A DNA stretch of 34,622 nucleotides from an uncultured Candidatus Saccharibacteria bacterium (GTDB lineage Bacteria; Patescibacteriota; Minisyncoccia; Phycocordibacterales; WO2-35-19). Positions 8,477-15,511 of this stretch are shown here, piece after piece (within the stretch, counting starts at the first letter, position 1; each line of letters opens with the position of its first letter). Below the pieces are notes generated by a model. The model saw only the letters and a list, made by a program, of their open reading frames with translations, ran no database searches and was not told the DNA's origin. The stretch lies in assembly GCA_964483435.1 (NCBI GenBank), contig CAZAAO010000003.1:1-34622 (forward strand), given 5' to 3'. A program made the translations under genes and the position numbers.

Positions 8477-8508
8477 TGCAAAAATCTCCCGCAAGGGAGA
8501 TTTTTGCA
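8477..8508. terminator. Bidirectional hairpin terminator
   Basis: 14-bp stem TGCAAAAATCTCCC / GGGAGATTTTTGCA with loop GCAA. Confidence 0.65.
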
Positions 8509-8511
8509 TTG

Positions 8512-8638
8512 GTGCTGGGGGGGAGACTTGGTCACCCATAATTTTCTGCTAAAAATTTGGTCGACCCCGCCTCGCGCCGTCGCGCTCCGGCTTTCAAGTC
8601 AGTGCTACGCTTTATTGCATAAAGCTGCACCCCCAGCA
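8512..8638 (-). repeat. tRNA-Leu(TAG)-end-bounded structured element (copy A)
   Basis: 8512-8530 is identical (19 nt) to 8661-8679, which is the 3' acceptor plus T-arm half of the tRNA. 8631-8638 CCCCAGCA copies the tRNA 5' acceptor (8737-8744). The interior is not tRNA-like: an AT hairpin, the GC-rich core TCGACCCCGCCTCGCGCCGTCGCGCTCCGGCTTTC (8561-8595), and the hairpin GCTTTATGCAATAAAGC. Confidence 0.6.
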
Positions 8639-8661
8639 CAGCTTTCGCTATGCTCAATCTG

Positions 8662-8743
8662 TGCTGGGGGGGAGACTTGAACTCCCACGGATTACTCCAC
8701 TAGTTCCTAAGACTAGCGCGGCTACCAATTACGCCACCCCAGC
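8662..8743 (-). tRNA. tRNA-Leu (anticodon TAG), type II with long variable arm
   Basis: Minus-strand read: GCTGGGG-TG-GCGTAATTGGTAGCCGC-G-CTAGT-CTTAGGA-ACTAG-variable arm-GGGAG-TTCAAGT-CTCCC-CCCCAGC-A. Confidence 0.9.
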
Positions 8744-8787
8744 AGTATTGCGATTTTACACTATTAAAAAAATATTTGAAAGTTTTG

Positions 8788-8873
8788 TGCCTAGGGTGGG
8801 AATCGAACCCACACGAGCTAAAAAAGCTCACGACATTTTAAGTGTCGGATGTCTACCAATTTCATCACCTAGG
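8788..8873 (-). tRNA. tRNA-Leu (anticodon TAA), type II
   Basis: Minus-strand read: GCCTAGG..CGACA-CTTAAAA-TGTCG-long variable hairpin GAGCTTTTTTAGCTC-GTGGG-TTCGATT-CCCAC-CCTAGGC-A. Confidence 0.9.
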
Positions 8874-8942
8874 CATCTGGATTTATATTAGCCGATATTG
8901 AGAAAAATGGAAGATTGATGTATATTTTTACATGTAAACAGA

Positions 8943-9015
8943 CCGCCCATAGCTCAGTTGGTAGAGCAGTCGCCTCTTAAGCGAACGGTCGTAGGTTCGA
9001 ATCCTACTGGGCGGA
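8943..9015 (+). tRNA. tRNA-Lys (anticodon CTT), with C1:G72 first pair
   Basis: CCGCCCA-TA-GCTC-AGTTGGTA-GAGC-A-GTCGC-CTCTTAA-GCGAA-CGGTC-GTAGG-TTCGAAT-CCTAC-TGGGCGG-A. Confidence 0.88.
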
Positions 9016-9062
9016 CAAAGAAGGTTGACTATTTATGTATTTGTATTATAGTTCGCGAGGAT

Positions 9063-9434
9063 ATGTCTCGCAAACGCTTTCTTATTTCTCTTATTGGTCT
9101 GTCGTTCCTGCCCAATGAGAAAGCATTAGGTAGTGGTGATGTGGAAGTGTGGCTCAAGATTTACGGAGCCACGACGTATGGACAGTCGGTGACTGTTTAT
9201 AATAGTGACGGCGTGTCGCAGGTGACTGCCTCTATCACGGGAGCGACTAGGAAACTTGGGGATTACAGTCGCTCGCACCTTGCTCAAGGTGCTGTTGTGC
9301 TCTTTCAGCCCTGGGAGCAAAACCCAGAGGTTTTGGTTCCTGTAGATCGGAGGGAAATTCCCGCTGATCTATCAACTACCCACACACTCACCATTGTCGT
9401 AAACGACGGTTCTCTTTCCGTCGAGTACAACTAA
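9063..9434 (+). CDS. Small secreted hypothetical protein (123 aa)
   Basis: The track ORF (8958-) begins inside tRNA-Lys. The real start is probably the ATG at 9063, preceded by GAGGA. Signal-like N-terminus MSRKRFLISLIGLSFL, then a beta-rich sequence with no motif I recognise. Confidence 0.55.
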   Translation: MSRKRFLISLIGLSFLPNEKALGSGDVEVWLKIYGATTYGQSVTVYNSDGVSQVTASITGATRKLGDYSRSHLAQGAVVLFQPWEQNPEVLVPVDRREIPADLSTTHTLTIVVNDGSLSVEYN

Positions 9435-9445
9435 GCCGTCGAGAA

Positions 9446-9474
9446 GGCCGCCCGAGCGTATGCGAAGGGCGGCC
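9446..9474 (+). terminator. Hairpin terminator
   Basis: GGCCGCCC...GGGCGGCC 8-bp GC stem followed by GTTTC. Confidence 0.55.
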
Positions 9475-9516
9475 GTTTCAATACAAGATGAATTTAACAT
9501 GTGCTAATATGGGCCT

Positions 9517-10635
9517 ATGCCAATAGTCTCTACCATATCCAGGCAAGCATACCGACATGTCCTAAAGCCCTATTTTTTCAATAAAGACCCCGAATACATC
9601 CATGAAAAAATGGTCGCTTTTGGGAAGAATCTCGGCTCGCACAAGATAACCAGAAGTCTCGTCAAGGCGGCACTAGCCTATGAACACCCGATATTAGAGC
9701 AAAATCTTTGGGGCATTGATTTCAAAAATCCAGTTGGGCTCGCCGCGGGCTTTGATAAAAACGCAGAGCTAAACGCTATCATGGGCTCTGTCGGGTTTGG
9801 GTTTGCTACGGTTGGCTCTGTGACTTGTGGGTCTTATGAAGGCAATCCTGCGCCTCGTCTCGTCCGTCTGCCAAAGTCGAAGGGGATATTGGTCAACTAT
9901 GGTCTCAAAAACCAAGGAGCAAATTTTGTAGCAGAATACTTGTCGCATCGCCACAAGGATATCCCACAAGTGGTATCGATAGGCAAAACAAATAGCATAG
10001 ATACAGTCGATCGGGACAAGGGAATCGAAGATTATTTTGAGTGCCTCAAAATTTTTGTAGATAAAAATCTAGGCGACATATATGAAATAAATATTTCGTG
10101 CCCAAACACTTTTGGCGGCGAACCATTCACAAACAAACAAGACCTGACCGCCCTCTTTGATAAACTTTTTACTTTAAATATCGAAAAACCGGTGTTCGTA
10201 AAGATGCCAATCTCGCTTCCTTTTGATGAGCTCAAAGAACTAATCAGTGTTTGTGTCGACTATGGGATCAAAGCGGTAGTACTCGGCAATTTGAGAAAGG
10301 ATAAAAAAGGAGCTGACATCGAGGATACACTATCTGAAGATGCGCGGGGAGGAATCAGCGGCAAGCCTACCGAAAAGATATCCAACGAGCATATTGCGGC
10401 CGCATATCAATACGCTGGTGACAATATAAGAATCATAGGCGTGGGGGGAGTGTTTAGCGCCAAAGATGCGTACCAAAAAATAAAACTCGGTGCTACCATG
10501 ATCGAGCTTATCACCGGACTTATTTATGAAGGTCCGCAGCTCGTGCGCGAAATCAATCGCGGACTCGTCAAACTCTTGCAAGCTGACGGCTTTGAAAATA
10601 TCGAAGAAGCAGTCGGTTCTTATTTTAAGTCGTAG
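9517..10635 (+). CDS. pyrD: Dihydroorotate dehydrogenase (quinone), class 2
   Basis: GLAAGFDKNAE, NISCPNT, GISGKP, IIGVGGV. The length and N-terminal extension are typical of class 2 PyrD. Confidence 0.9.
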   Translation: MPIVSTISRQAYRHVLKPYFFNKDPEYIHEKMVAFGKNLGSHKITRSLVKAALAYEHPILEQNLWGIDFKNPVGLAAGFDKNAELNAIMGSVGFGFATVGSVTCGSYEGNPAPRLVRLPKSKGILVNYGLKNQGANFVAEYLSHRHKDIPQVVSIGKTNSIDTVDRDKGIEDYFECLKIFVDKNLGDIYEINISCPNTFGGEPFTNKQDLTALFDKLFTLNIEKPVFVKMPISLPFDELKELISVCVDYGIKAVVLGNLRKDKKGADIEDTLSEDARGGISGKPTEKISNEHIAAAYQYAGDNIRIIGVGGVFSAKDAYQKIKLGATMIELITGLIYEGPQLVREINRGLVKLLQADGFENIEEAVGSYFKS

Positions 10636-10746
10636 ACCCCAAGACAGCACTCTTTCGAGTAAACGGGGTTCTTTTCTGCTGAAAAGACCCCTCCTTCTCG
10701 CGCCGCCGCGCTCCGAAAGTTACTCTCCAGAGTCTGTCTTTGGGTT
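10636..10746. repeat. Structured intergenic element (copy C) sharing the GC-rich core of copies A and B
   Basis: Outer stem ACCCCAAGACAG / CTGTCTTTGGGT. Inner hairpin GGGGTTCTTTTC-TGCT-GAAAAGACCCC. The core CTCGCGCCGCCGCGCTCCG (10697-10715) matches 8571-8589 at 18/19. Confidence 0.5.
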
Positions 10747-10767
10747 AATCAAAAAAAACTATTAGAG

Positions 10768-10839
10768 AGGCCTAGGGCGGAATCGAACCGCCGTATAAGA
10801 GTTTTGCAGACTCTTGCCTTACCACTTGGCGACTAGGCC
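10768..10839 (-). tRNA. tRNA-Cys (anticodon GCA)
   Basis: Minus-strand read: GGCCTAG-TC-GCCAAGTGGTAAGGC-A-AGAGT-CTGCAAA-ACTCT-..-GGCGG-TTCGATT-CCGCC-CTAGGCC-T. Confidence 0.9.
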
Positions 10840-10850
10840 GTATTTGGATT

Positions 10851-11225
10851 TTATCCTGTACTTTCCGCTGTGTCTATCTGACTATCATTCAAAAGAGAGT
10901 CGATACGCTGGCGGTTTTTCTCTCCCTGATCGAGCGCAAAGTTGATCTGCGGCATGAAGCCAAAAAGATTTTTTTGCATGACGAAAAGTCGGAAGTCGTT
11001 TCTTTTCCTGCGAACAAACTCAAGCGCTTGCCCTTCGCGGTCGACAGGAAGCACGGTGAAATAAATATTTGCTCTCCGTCCTCGGTCGAGCATTTCTGCG
11101 TTGGTAAATGTGATAAGGCTGTCCTTGTTGCCTTCGCGGTTGAAATACTCTGCTGCGAGGTGCATCAGGAGCTCGGCTGTCTTTTCATCTTTGCGTGATC
11201 CGTCGGGCATGTTATTTGTTTTCAA
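10851..11225 (-). CDS. rbfA: Ribosome-binding factor A
   Basis: 124 aa, immediately downstream of infB and overlapping it by 14 nt. The pattern ITFTNAEMLDRGRRANIYF...ALEFVRRKRNDFR...MPQINFALD matches the RbfA layout. Confidence 0.75.
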   Translation of the reverse strand: MKTNNMPDGSRKDEKTAELLMHLAAEYFNREGNKDSLITFTNAEMLDRGRRANIYFTVLPVDREGQALEFVRRKRNDFRLFVMQKNLFGFMPQINFALDQGEKNRQRIDSLLNDSQIDTAESTG

Positions 11226-12696
11226 AATTTATAGCATGGATGTAATCGCCAGGTACGATCTCGATTTTGGACTCGATAGTGACTCCAAACTCTTGGCCTT
11301 GCTCGACTCGGCCAACTTTTTGCTTTTGACTCTGGATTTCTTTTATCTTGCCTTCTCCAATTTCAGATTCGCGGCGGATGATTTTGACATTGTCGCCTTG
11401 GCGCATCTCGCCCTCTTCGACTCGACCTCCGAGGACTTGCTTGTCTTTGTTTGAACTAAATGCCTTGAGGATTTTGGTTTTGCCGGTCACGACTTCGACT
11501 CGCTCTTTTGGTGTGGCTAGGGTGAGTCTCTCTGCGACGAAGTCGATAAGCTCATAAATTATATTAAATACTTTGACTTCTGCTTTTTCACGAAGCGCTA
11601 GAGCTTTTGCGTTTTTGTCAGAGTCGACATTGAAGGCGACAGTGAGAGCTTTGCTTACGAGCGCGTTTTTGATATCACTTTCGCTTACAAGCCCGATACC
11701 TTTGCCTACGATTTTGACACCGATCTTTGGATTAGAAAGTTTGGCAAGTTCACCAAGTACTGCATCGAGTGAGCCTTGAGTGTCGGCTTTGACGATGACA
11801 GGGAATTCGGTTTCAGAATCAAAAGCTACAGTATTTTGAGACTCGGCTACTTTTTTGTTAGCAAATTCTTCTGCCTCCTTCTTGCTCTCAAATGTTATAA
11901 ACTCGCTTCCGACACGAGGCATATCACTCCATCCAACGATTCGGATAGGTGAGGAGAATGAAGCTTTTTCTATTTGTTCAGATTGGAAGTTTTCGATAAG
12001 TCGCACTGGTGCATATGCTCCGATTGTGGCGACAAACATACCTTTGTTGATAGATCCGTCTTTGATGATGAGTGTCGCGGAGATGCCTCTCTTCGCATCC
12101 ATATTGCTCTCGATCACGATGCCGCTGGCTAGTGCATCTTTATCCCCCGTGAGCTCAAGCAAGTCTGCTTGAAGTAGGATCATATCAAGCAGATCGTTTA
12201 CGCCCTCTCCCGTCTTGGCGGATATTGGTACACAAGGTATGGTGCCCCCCCAACCTTCTACGAACAATTCGTTTTCGGCTAGGCTTTGTTTGGTCTTATC
12301 AATGCTTGCGCCGCTCTTGTCGATTTTGGTGATAGCTACAATGAAAGGTACATTTTTGCTTTGGATAGTTTGCAGAGCTTCGAGAGTTTGCGGCTTCACT
12401 CCGTCTTCAGCTGAGACGACTAGGACGGCGATGTCCGCCGCCTCGGAGCCATTTTTGCGCACGCTAGTGAAAGCAGCGTGTCCGGGAGTATCCAAAAAGG
12501 TGATACCCCGCTCCTTTCCTTCAAATGTGTACTTTGCTTCATATGCAGCGACATGTTGGGTGATGCCGCCGGCTTCTTCGTCGACGACGTGAGTGTTGCG
12601 AATATAATCTAGGAGAGTAGATTTGCCATGGTCAATATGACCCATGATGACAACCACGGGCGACCTCGGTATTCGTTTGTTCTCTGTATTTGGCAT
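11212..12696 (-). CDS. infB: Translation initiation factor IF-2 (short form, no long N-terminal region)
   Basis: GTPase motifs GHIDHGKSTLLD, DTPGH and TKID, followed by the IF-2 domain II/C1/C2 pattern. It is only 494 aa. Confidence 0.93.
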   Translation of the reverse strand: MPNTENKRIPRSPVVVIMGHIDHGKSTLLDYIRNTHVVDEEAGGITQHVAAYEAKYTFEGKERGITFLDTPGHAAFTSVRKNGSEAADIAVLVVSAEDGVKPQTLEALQTIQSKNVPFIVAITKIDKSGASIDKTKQSLAENELFVEGWGGTIPCVPISAKTGEGVNDLLDMILLQADLLELTGDKDALASGIVIESNMDAKRGISATLIIKDGSINKGMFVATIGAYAPVRLIENFQSEQIEKASFSSPIRIVGWSDMPRVGSEFITFESKKEAEEFANKKVAESQNTVAFDSETEFPVIVKADTQGSLDAVLGELAKLSNPKIGVKIVGKGIGLVSESDIKNALVSKALTVAFNVDSDKNAKALALREKAEVKVFNIIYELIDFVAERLTLATPKERVEVVTGKTKILKAFSSNKDKQVLGGRVEEGEMRQGDNVKIIRRESEIGEGKIKEIQSQKQKVGRVEQGQEFGVTIESKIEIVPGDYIHAINFENK

Positions 12697-12719
12697 ATGT
12701 AGTGTCCGTAGGTCATGAC

Positions 12720-13211
12720 CTATTTAGAAACTTTTGATTTTGTTTTTGCGTTGTTTAGAACGTTTTCTTCTTCATCGCTCAGTTCGAGTTCGCCTTTCCA
12801 ATTTTCAACTGGTTTAACAAAGACGTTCATCCTTTCCCGCGTGTGAAGTCCTGAAAGTACCACGCCTTTACCTTTCTCGTCTACGAGAGTCATAGAGAAG
12901 CTGTTGTTGCCACCAAGTCCTGCACCCTGAAATGGGTTGAAACGAAGAGCCTCCACGCTGCCGACTTTTTCCTTGACTCTTTCATCCAGGTGAAATAGGT
13001 ACTTGCTCGATTCTTCTTTGTATTTTACGAGGTCTTCAACAATCTTACGCTCAGCCTGAAGGGCTGACTCGATCGACTTGCCGTCGCCACCTTTGACCAA
13101 TCTTTTGAGTCTGACTATAAGCCAGATCGTTAGGCCTAGGTTTATGAGAACCAGAACGAAGCTCACAACAGTGAAAATGTATCCAAAACTCAATGTATAA
13201 AGAAGATTCAT
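12720..13211 (-). CDS. DUF4446-like membrane-anchored protein
   Basis: Start moved to the ATG at 13211, which has a TTGCAA-17-TACAAT promoter just upstream. N-terminal TM, then RFNPFQGAGLGGNNSFSMTLVDEKGKGVVLSGLHTRERMNVFVKPV, which resembles the DUF4446 signature as I recall it. Confidence 0.6.
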   Translation of the reverse strand: MNLLYTLSFGYIFTVVSFVLVLINLGLTIWLIVRLKRLVKGGDGKSIESALQAERKIVEDLVKYKEESSKYLFHLDERVKEKVGSVEALRFNPFQGAGLGGNNSFSMTLVDEKGKGVVLSGLHTRERMNVFVKPVENWKGELELSDEEENVLNNAKTKSKVSK

Positions 13212-13220
13212 ACAGGCCAC

Positions 13221-13249
13221 ATTGTACCCGTTTTCTTGTTGTTTTGCAA
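13221..13249 (-). promoter_or_regulatory. Sigma70-like promoter for the DUF4446-like gene
   Basis: Minus-strand TTGCAA (13244-13249, itself palindromic), 17 nt, TACAAT (complement of 13221-13226). The ATG lies ~10 nt downstream, so the mRNA is near-leaderless. Confidence 0.5.
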
Positions 13250-13266
13250 AATTTAAGGTAAAAATA

Positions 13267-14430
13267 ATGCATATGTTTCTAAATCTATTCAAGAGTCCTA
13301 AACGGAGGATCTACCTCGATTATGCTGCTGCGACTACGGTCTGTGAGGAGGTTTTGAGCGTGATGAATGAAGCTAGTCAAAAACTCTGGGCCAATGCCTC
13401 TTCTTTGCATCAAGAAGGGGAAGTCGCAAAGCAAGCACTCGACGCCGCTCGTATCAAAGTGGCTAGTTTGCTGCACGCCAAGGCAAGCGAGGTGTACTTT
13501 ACTTCGGGAGGTACAGAAGCACTCAATATCGCGATTGATGCAGTCGTGATGGACGCTAAGAGGACAAACCCAAATCCTCACGTGATCGTATCAATGATCG
13601 AGCATCCAGCAGCTCTTGAAAAAGTGAAGTCTCTTATTTCCTACGGAGTCGAGGTTTCTTTCATCGCTCCAAATGAAGAGGGCATCATAAGGCCGGAAAC
13701 TGTCGAAAGAGAGATCAAAACAAACACAGTACTCGTGGTCGTCATGCATGCAAACAACGAGATCGGCACCATCCAACCCGTACAAAAAATCGCGAAAGTT
13801 ATAAAAGAGCGCGCAGTTTTTTTGGTCGACGCTTCGCAAAGCGCGCTTTATGAGGACATCTCAATCGAAAGACTTGGTGCCGATATGCTCGTCGTCGACG
13901 GGATCAAGATGTACGGACCCCGCGGAGTGGGGGCACTAGTCGTCAAAGACAGAGTTGAGCTTGCTCCGAGCGTCTTTGGTGGAGGACAGGAGAAGGGAAT
14001 ACGACCGGGTACAGAAAATGTAGTGGGTATTGTGGGTCTAGCAAAAGCGCTTGAAATAGCTCATCAAAAAAGAGTAGGGGAAAAAGATAGGCTAATGAAG
14101 CTTCGCGACTATTGCATAGAGAGGATCGAAAAAGAAATCAAAGGCTCGAGTCTAAATGGAAGTAGCACGGAAAGACTCGCAAATAATGTAAATTTTTGTT
14201 TTCCTGGTAATGATAGCGAGTTTTTGGTAATCAAACTTGATACATTAGGATTTGCAGTATCCGCGGCGAGTGCTTGCAATGCAATCGCTCTTGAAAATTC
14301 TTCTTACGTGATCGAAGCCATCGGCAAAAAAGAATGCGCCGGCTCATCGCTTCGCTTCACCTTCGGCCGCGACACTTCTGAGGGCGACATCGACGCTCTC
14401 GTCGATACACTCAAGAAAATAATAAAATAA
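13267..14430 (+). CDS. Cysteine desulfurase (class V aminotransferase, NifS/IscS-like)
   Basis: IYLDYAAAT, HANNEIGTIQP, DASQS, GIKMYGPRGVGAL (PLP Lys), GGGQEKGIRPGTEN, and the C-terminal loop SAASACNA (catalytic Cys). The start is 13267 or 13273; the 13222 start in the track is unlikely. Confidence 0.88.
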   Translation: MHMFLNLFKSPKRRIYLDYAAATTVCEEVLSVMNEASQKLWANASSLHQEGEVAKQALDAARIKVASLLHAKASEVYFTSGGTEALNIAIDAVVMDAKRTNPNPHVIVSMIEHPAALEKVKSLISYGVEVSFIAPNEEGIIRPETVEREIKTNTVLVVVMHANNEIGTIQPVQKIAKVIKERAVFLVDASQSALYEDISIERLGADMLVVDGIKMYGPRGVGALVVKDRVELAPSVFGGGQEKGIRPGTENVVGIVGLAKALEIAHQKRVGEKDRLMKLRDYCIERIEKEIKGSSLNGSSTERLANNVNFCFPGNDSEFLVIKLDTLGFAVSAASACNAIALENSSYVIEAIGKKECAGSSLRFTFGRDTSEGDIDALVDTLKKIIK

Positions 14431-14441
14431 GGACCTCACCC

Positions 14442-14476
14442 GGCCTATCGGCCACCCTCTCCTTGGCAGGAGAGGG
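14442..14476. repeat. GC-rich palindromic element (CCCTCTCCT-TGGC-AGGAGAGGG type)
   Basis: GGCC-TATC-GGCC followed by a perfect 9-bp stem CCCTCTCCT/AGGAGAGGG. It is related in sequence style to the insertion inside miaA (28988-29024). Confidence 0.5.
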
Positions 14477-14533
14477 AAGATAGCCTTTCTCTTATGGTAT
14501 TAAATAATAGTCATTGTTTGCACTATTTTCACA

Positions 14534-14553
14534 TGTAGCGATTAATCGCTACA
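14534..14553. repeat. Perfect 20-bp palindrome TGTAGCGATTAATCGCTACA
   Basis: Self-complementary over all 20 nt. It sits in the AT-rich gap between two convergent genes. Confidence 0.8.
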
Positions 14554-14580
14554 AAGTGAATTTTAATATTTTAAACTTAT

Positions 14581-14610
14581 AAAAAGTAAAGGGGCGCACG
14601 AGTGCGCCCC
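14581..14610 (-). terminator. Rho-independent terminator of the PEP-CTERM gene
   Basis: On the minus strand: GGGGCGCA-CTCG-TGCGCCCC followed by TTTACTTTTT. Confidence 0.75.
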
Positions 14611-14620
14611 TTAAGGAATG

Positions 14621-15262
14621 TCAGATCAAATTCTTTTTTTTAGCCGCAAGGCCGATCAAGCCTGCGGCAATGAGGACCCATGTGGCGGGCTCCGGCGTTT
14701 GAGCTGGATTTTGCCACTCGCCTCCACCGGATTGTCCGGTTAGTACCTGGTTGAAGTCCGAGATCTGCCAGCTTTCACCAGTTTCTGTGTTACCTCCCGC
14801 CGAGCCCCAATCGGAGAAGGAGATTAAAACCTCCTTCCACCAATTCGATCCCCACTGGACTGGCTCGCCCTCGGCGGTGATGTCGGTGTTATAGTTACCA
14901 TTCTCCCACATGGTCCTGGCGACGCCTTTGGACCACCACGTTGAAAACCACAGGCTACCCAATGTGCCCCGTACCCATTTCCCCCACGACGACGTGGAGA
15001 ATGAGTACTGACTCCACGTATTACGCACGACAGAATAGTCCGAGTTGTGGAGTATGGTTCCTTTGAACGAACCCTCCGAGAAATCATAACTCCAGGTTCC
15101 GACTTCTAGGATCCATCCGTCCAGGGTGATCTCCCCAGAAACGATCTGGGCGAGATAACTGCCGGAGTACGAATTTTCGTACTCTTCGAAGGTTAGTGGA
15201 CTGCCCTGCGCCATGAAGACGAGGGCGAAAAACGTCAGAGCGAGAGCTGTAAATGTCCGCAT
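14621..15262 (-). CDS. PEP-CTERM sorting-signal protein, Trp-rich, secreted
   Basis: The C-terminus TPEPATWVLIAAGLIGLAAKKKNLI is a PEP motif plus TM plus basic tail. The likely start is MRTFTALALTFFALVFMAQG (ATG at 15262), which is a signal peptide. The gene is markedly G+C-rich. Confidence 0.75.
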   Translation of the reverse strand: MRTFTALALTFFALVFMAQGSPLTFEEYENSYSGSYLAQIVSGEITLDGWILEVGTWSYDFSEGSFKGTILHNSDYSVVRNTWSQYSFSTSSWGKWVRGTLGSLWFSTWWSKGVARTMWENGNYNTDITAEGEPVQWGSNWWKEVLISFSDWGSAGGNTETGESWQISDFNQVLTGQSGGGEWQNPAQTPEPATWVLIAAGLIGLAAKKKNLI

Positions 15263-15511
15263 TCTGTGTATATTATAACATAATAACTTGCTATTTGTCA
15301 ATATACCACTTTTACTCAAAAAACCGGCCTTGTATCTATTTGCCTCGCAAAATTTGAATATGCTATCATTTAGTCAAATGGATCTCGTAGTAGAAAATGG
15401 CATTAAAAGTTTTTGCGAGGTAAATTTAAAATAATAGTATTTATAAGACAATGATCGATTTATTATTAGTCGACATGCTCTTTTAAGAGCAATGCCATTT
15501 TTCACTACAGG

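Noticed and set aside
7996-9062. Track ORFs overlapping rnpB and the tRNA cluster (7996-8190, 8067-8288, 8128-8364, 8661-8891, and the 5' part of 8958-9434)
   Set aside because: They lie inside a well-supported RNase P RNA and three tRNA genes. The 8958 ORF is trimmed to the ATG at 9063.
13222-13266. Upstream extension of the cysteine desulfurase ORF (start at 13222)
   Set aside because: The extension (MYPFSCCFAKFKVKI) overlaps the divergent promoter and has no counterpart in NifS/IscS N-termini. The conserved IYLDYAA motif sits a normal distance from the ATG at 13267 or 13273.
14521-14560. parS site near the 20-bp palindrome
   Set aside because: The flanking TTTTCACATG resembles half of the parS consensus, but the palindrome itself (TGTAGCGATTAATCGCTACA) does not match TGTTTCACGTGAAACA.
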